64,000 nt of DNA from a virus: the IMG/VR virus record IMGVR_UViG_3300046674_000532. The stretch is one strand, 5' to 3'. Each line of letters starts with the position of its first letter. Positions within the stretch are counted from its first letter, which is position 1. The notes under the pieces were generated by a model, which worked only from the letters and a program-made list of their open reading frames with translations, ran no database searches and had not been told where the DNA came from. The position numbers were made by a program, and so were the translations under genes. Shown one piece after another: positions 61,072 to 64,000 of this stretch.

Positions 61072-62322
61072 CTACCTCACTGTCAGGGTGCGGTGCTCGG
61101 CGGGGACGACCATCCGTCGGCGCTCGGCGGGGACGGCGACCAGCCGGTCCTCGGCGGGGATCTGGACGGTGCGCTGGGGACTGGGCACGACGGTGCTTTG
61201 CCTGGCGATCGGGCGTGCCGTGGAGACGTCGATGGCCGGCGTCAGGGTGGCGGTCTTGAAGCCGGTGAGCGGTAGCGCCGTCTCGATCACGCTGGCGGTG
61301 GACAGCGTCACGACCGGGGCGGCCGGGGTGAGCGGTTGCGCTGCCTCGACCTCGCCGGCAATCCCGAGAGCGGCTGTCTTTTCCCCGGCGACGGGCTGGG
61401 CGGTGCTCTCCTCCGTGGCGGGCGGGAGGGCGGCGCTCTTGGCGCCGGTGAGGTCCTGCGCCGATGCGGCTTCGACCGCGGTGGGGAGCGCGAGCGACCG
61501 GGTGCCCGTGAGTGCTTGCCCGGCCTCGGTGGCTGTGGCAGTGCTGAGTTCGCTCGTCTTGCTGCCGGTCGGGATCTGCGCCGTCTCCACGACGGTGGCC
61601 ACGCCCAGCGTTGCCGTCTTGACGCCAGTGAGGGGCTGGGCCGTCTCCAGTACAGAACCTGGGCCAAGCGTTGCCGTCTTGGTGCCGGTGAGGGCCTGGG
61701 CCGTCTCCACCGCAGCGCCTGCGCTGAGGCTGGTGGTCTTCGCCCCGGTGAGCGCTTGGGCGGCTTCGGATGCGCTGGCCAGCGTGAGGGAACTGGTCGT
61801 TCCCGTGGTCACGTCGGCTGCGGAGAAATCATCGAAGCGGAGCGCGGACACGGACTCGGCTCGGATACCGACGCTCGTTCCGGTGGCCACGTTGGTGTCC
61901 GTGACGCTGACCCTCTGGACACCGTTGACAAAGCCCTTGATCGTCGTGCCGACGACCTGGAGCTTGGCGACGTCGCCCGAGACGGCCGCTGCGGCGTAGC
62001 TGCCGATGCTGATGAACGAGCCGCCGACGACCGCGAACAAGGTCCAGTTCGAGCCGTCATTACGCCACAAATAGCCGCTCGTGATGTTGCTGTTGCCTCT
62101 GCACCATATGCCGTGGCTGACTGCTGCGGTGACAGCGATCGTCGTCTGCACGTAGTGGTCGTTGCTGGCCATCGCTCCGGCGGCGCGGAGGATGATGGTG
62201 CCGCCGGCCGAGCCCGAAGACAGTCGGTTGGAGACGATCGACCAGTCCCCCGACACCTCGACCCAGCCGGCGCCCAGGCTGGAGCTGTCCGACCGGTTGA
62301 AGTCGTCGGTGAAGGTGGTCAC
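61072..62322 (-). CDS. tail fibre/receptor-binding-like protein with lectin-like N-domain and tandem 20-aa repeats
   Basis: ORF track 416 aa; N-terminal 170 aa beta-rich (DDFNRSDSSSLGAGWVEVSGDWSI...); about 9 repeats of ETAQALTGTKTATLGxxxxx. Confidence 0.55.
   Translation of the reverse strand: MTTFTDDFNRSDSSSLGAGWVEVSGDWSIVSNRLSSGSAGGTIILRAAGAMASNDHYVQTTIAVTAAVSHGIWCRGNSNITSGYLWRNDGSNWTLFAVVGGSFISIGSYAAAAVSGDVAKLQVVGTTIKGFVNGVQRVSVTDTNVATGTSVGIRAESVSALRFDDFSAADVTTGTTSSLTLASASEAAQALTGAKTTSLSAGAAVETAQALTGTKTATLGPGSVLETAQPLTGVKTATLGVATVVETAQIPTGSKTSELSTATATEAGQALTGTRSLALPTAVEAASAQDLTGAKSAALPPATEESTAQPVAGEKTAALGIAGEVEAAQPLTPAAPVVTLSTASVIETALPLTGFKTATLTPAIDVSTARPIARQSTVVPSPQRTVQIPAEDRLVAVPAERRRMVVPAEHRTLTVR
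61207..61770 (-). repeat. in-frame tandem repeat (about 60-nt unit, about 9 copies) in the tail-fibre gene
   Basis: protein residues about 185-372: SEAAQALTGAKTTSLSAGAAV / ETAQALTGTKTATLGPGSVL / ETAQPLTGVKTATLGVATVV ... Confidence 0.7.
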
Positions 62323-62325
62323 GGG

Positions 62326-62775
62326 CTATGCCGCCGAGGTGACCCGCGCGAAGTCCGCGACCGTCAGGGTGAAGTTGTTGCCGTCCGGGGTGAGGGTCAC
62401 GTCGTGGAGGCTCAGCGGCACGATGCTGGAGTCGGTCCCCGTGGTCGTGTCCGGGTCGAAGCAGATCAGCAGCTTCGAGATCGCGTTGCCCGAGGCCGCG
62501 GTCCACGTCTGGTCGGCGAAGTCCAGGGCGAGCCGGTCATTCGTGTCGTCGACGGTGGCAGTGCAGGCGGTAACCGTCTTCCTGCCCATGGTCGTCTGCT
62601 CGTTGGTGGTGCCGGACAGGAACGCTGCGAGGTCGTCTTTGTCGCGCAGGACCGAGTCCGTTTCCAGGCCCGAGGTTTCGATGGGGACGAGGATGAGTGC
62701 GGCGTTTCCGACGCCGACCTGTTCGGCGTACCGCTTCAGGTAGCCGAGCGCGATGTTCAGGACGATGTTGGCCAT
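62326..62775 (-). CDS. hypothetical virion-module protein
   Basis: frame of track ORF 62326..62931; ATG 62775 after GGAGTGA; MANIVLNIALGYLKRYAEQVG... Confidence 0.55.
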   Translation of the reverse strand: MANIVLNIALGYLKRYAEQVGVGNAALILVPIETSGLETDSVLRDKDDLAAFLSGTTNEQTTMGRKTVTACTATVDDTNDRLALDFADQTWTAASGNAISKLLICFDPDTTTGTDSSIVPLSLHDVTLTPDGNNFTLTVADFARVTSAA

Positions 62776-62807
62776 GGTCACTCCAGTTCTTGCGGGTCGA
62801 TGCGGCG

Positions 62808-63131
62808 TTACGGGCTTGGGGCCGAGGAGGTCGACGGGGTCGGGGTGGGAACGGTGGCGCAGATCTTGTCGGCGGCCGTACGGACGGCGCCGGACAGCTT
62901 CGCCTGGGCGTCGTCGCGCATTACCGCCCACAGGGCGCAGGTGAGTTGCTGCTGGTCGGTGCGCTGGGCGAGGCCGGTGGTCTGCCCGGATCGCAGGGTG
63001 GCGAGGCGGTCCTGGGCGCGGGAGTTCTGCCAGATCAGTAGGACGGCCAGGATGAGCATGGTGGCCAGCACGACAGCGATGACGGGGGTGGTGTCATGCC
63101 GGGGGCGGCGCAGGGGAATCGGTGCGGCCAC
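62808..63131 (-). CDS. N-terminally anchored membrane protein
   Basis: ORF track 107 aa; TM PVIAVVLATMLILAVLLIW. Confidence 0.6.
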   Translation of the reverse strand: MAAPIPLRRPRHDTTPVIAVVLATMLILAVLLIWQNSRAQDRLATLRSGQTTGLAQRTDQQQLTCALWAVMRDDAQAKLSGAVRTAADKICATVPTPTPSTSSAPSP

Positions 63132-63146
63132 GATGGCCTCCTCTCT

Positions 63147-63776
63147 TCAGGGGGCTATCAGGCCGAGGAGGCCGGACAGCAGGGACGTGTCGGTCGGGGT
63201 GGGGGATGCGGTCGGGGTGGGGCTGGTCGTGGGGGTGCGGCGGCAGACGAGGGTGTCGGGGTCGTCCGGGGCCGGTTGGAGGGTGTAGCCGTCGGGGCAG
63301 GTCTGGCCGTCCTTGCCGTCGGCGCCGTTGGATCCGTCCTGTCCGCTGGTGCCGTCGGTTCCCTTCGCGCCGTCTTGTCCTGCCGCTCCGGAGGAGCCGG
63401 CGGCGCCCGGCTGCCCGGTGGGGCCGGGTGAGCCGTCCGGTCCCGGAGCCCCAGCGGGTCCGGGCGGGCCGGGCACGGTGGACGTCGGCCCGGGGGAACC
63501 GGTGTCGCCCTTCTCGCCCGGTTCACCGGGAAGGCCCGGGGATCCGGTGGCGTCCTGGCCGGGCTTGCCGGACGGTCCGGCGACGGGGTCGCCGCCCAGT
63601 TCGCGTACCTGCGCTGCGAGGGCGTCACGGTCCTTGCGCGCTTCGTGGAGCGAGGCGGACAGGTCCCGCATCGTGACGACGATCCACCCCAGCACAGTGA
63701 TCAGTAAGGCGACGCCGACTACCCAGACCACGTCGGTACGCCGTTTGCGGCGCCTGGACGCCGGACTCTCCCTCAC
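63147..63776 (-). CDS. membrane-anchored collagen-like (Gly-X-Y) repeat protein
   Basis: ORF track 209 aa; TM VVWVVGVALLITVLGWIVV; about 90 aa of GxY triplets (GPSGKPGQDATGSPGLPGEPGEKGDTGSPG...) at about 63297-63581. Confidence 0.7.
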   Translation of the reverse strand: MRESPASRRRKRRTDVVWVVGVALLITVLGWIVVTMRDLSASLHEARKDRDALAAQVRELGGDPVAGPSGKPGQDATGSPGLPGEPGEKGDTGSPGPTSTVPGPPGPAGAPGPDGSPGPTGQPGAAGSSGAAGQDGAKGTDGTSGQDGSNGADGKDGQTCPDGYTLQPAPDDPDTLVCRRTPTTSPTPTASPTPTDTSLLSGLLGLIAP

Positions 63777-64000
63777 GATGACCCCTTACTGGCCAGGTAG
63801 ACCTGCAGAAGTAGGAGCAGGAGGGGGGCGACGAGAGCGGTCAGCATGAGCCGTTTGTCGCCTGCTCTACGGGTTTCCAACTCGCGCTGCTCTGTCTGCT
63901 TCTGCTGCGCTTCCCGCTCCCGGGCCTGCTCGATCGCGGCGATCCGAGCGACAGCGGCGGCGTGGCGGTCGTCCTGCGCCTGCTGCTGGAGGGCGAGCAG
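63773..64000 (-). CDS. membrane protein, partial (5' end beyond window end)
   Basis: frame open from window edge to TGA 63773-75 overlapping next GTG (GTGA); ...EQAREREAQQKQTEQRELETRRAGDKRLMLTALVAPLLLLLLQVYLASKGSS. Confidence 0.5.
   Translation of the reverse strand: MLALQQQAQDDRHAAAVARIAAIEQAREREAQQKQTEQRELETRRAGDKRLMLTALVAPLLLLLLQVYLASKGSS

Noticed and set aside
61207-61770. Possible CRISPR-like array (regular repeats here, and in the iteron region 10336..10478)
   Set aside because: The repeats here are contiguous, in frame and degenerate, with no unique spacers between them, so they are coding tandem repeats. The 10-kb repeats are 7-31 bp binding-site-like iterons. No cas genes are present.
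1-64000. Transposase/IS elements, rRNA genes, toxin-antitoxin pairs of known families
   Set aside because: I saw no DDE or serine transposase motifs, no rRNA-like conserved stretches and no recognisable classical TA pair. Absence is by eye only and should be confirmed by HMM search.

Overview
GC-rich, strongly GC3-biased actinobacterial (Streptomyces-type) DNA that reads as one mosaic mobile element with no obvious chromosomal housekeeping genes. I call about 112 protein-coding genes, packed into long co-directional operons. Many junctions are overlapping start/stop codons (GTGA, ATGA, TGATG). Plasmid-type modules: ParA/ParB with three parS-like palindromes, a winged-helix Rep-like gene followed by a DUF2493-like gene, and a leftward membrane-protein operon containing a DUF2637/Spd-like protein. 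Temperate-phage-type modules: an HTH replication protein with an internal iteron array, a J-domain-like protein, SSB, a Rad52-like annealase, a RuvC-like resolvase, Gp37/Gp68 (DUF5131), two WhiB-like fusion proteins, ASCH and HIT proteins, and a tail-fibre/adaptor/collagen-like block at the right end. Two tyrosine-recombinase genes lie inside the element: one is Cre-like and looks intact, the other is C-terminally truncated and lacks catalytic residues. I saw no rRNA, tRNA, CRISPR array or transposase. The observations I rate highest: (1) a ~35-bp promoter-plus-palindrome motif present six times, always oriented toward the downstream transcription unit; (2) a LuxR-type regulator divergent from a stand-alone secreted-peptide gene carrying three TAWG repeats; (3) a six-gene translationally coupled cassette ending in a NERD nuclease-like protein; (4) a small-membrane-protein plus PIN-domain pair wedged between the two recombinase genes; (5) ParABS plus a Cre-like recombinase, which suggests a P1-like plasmid-prophage lifestyle. 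All functional calls rest on motifs recognised by eye and from memory. No database search was run. Many start codons are inferred from RBS and overlap logic and remain uncertain.
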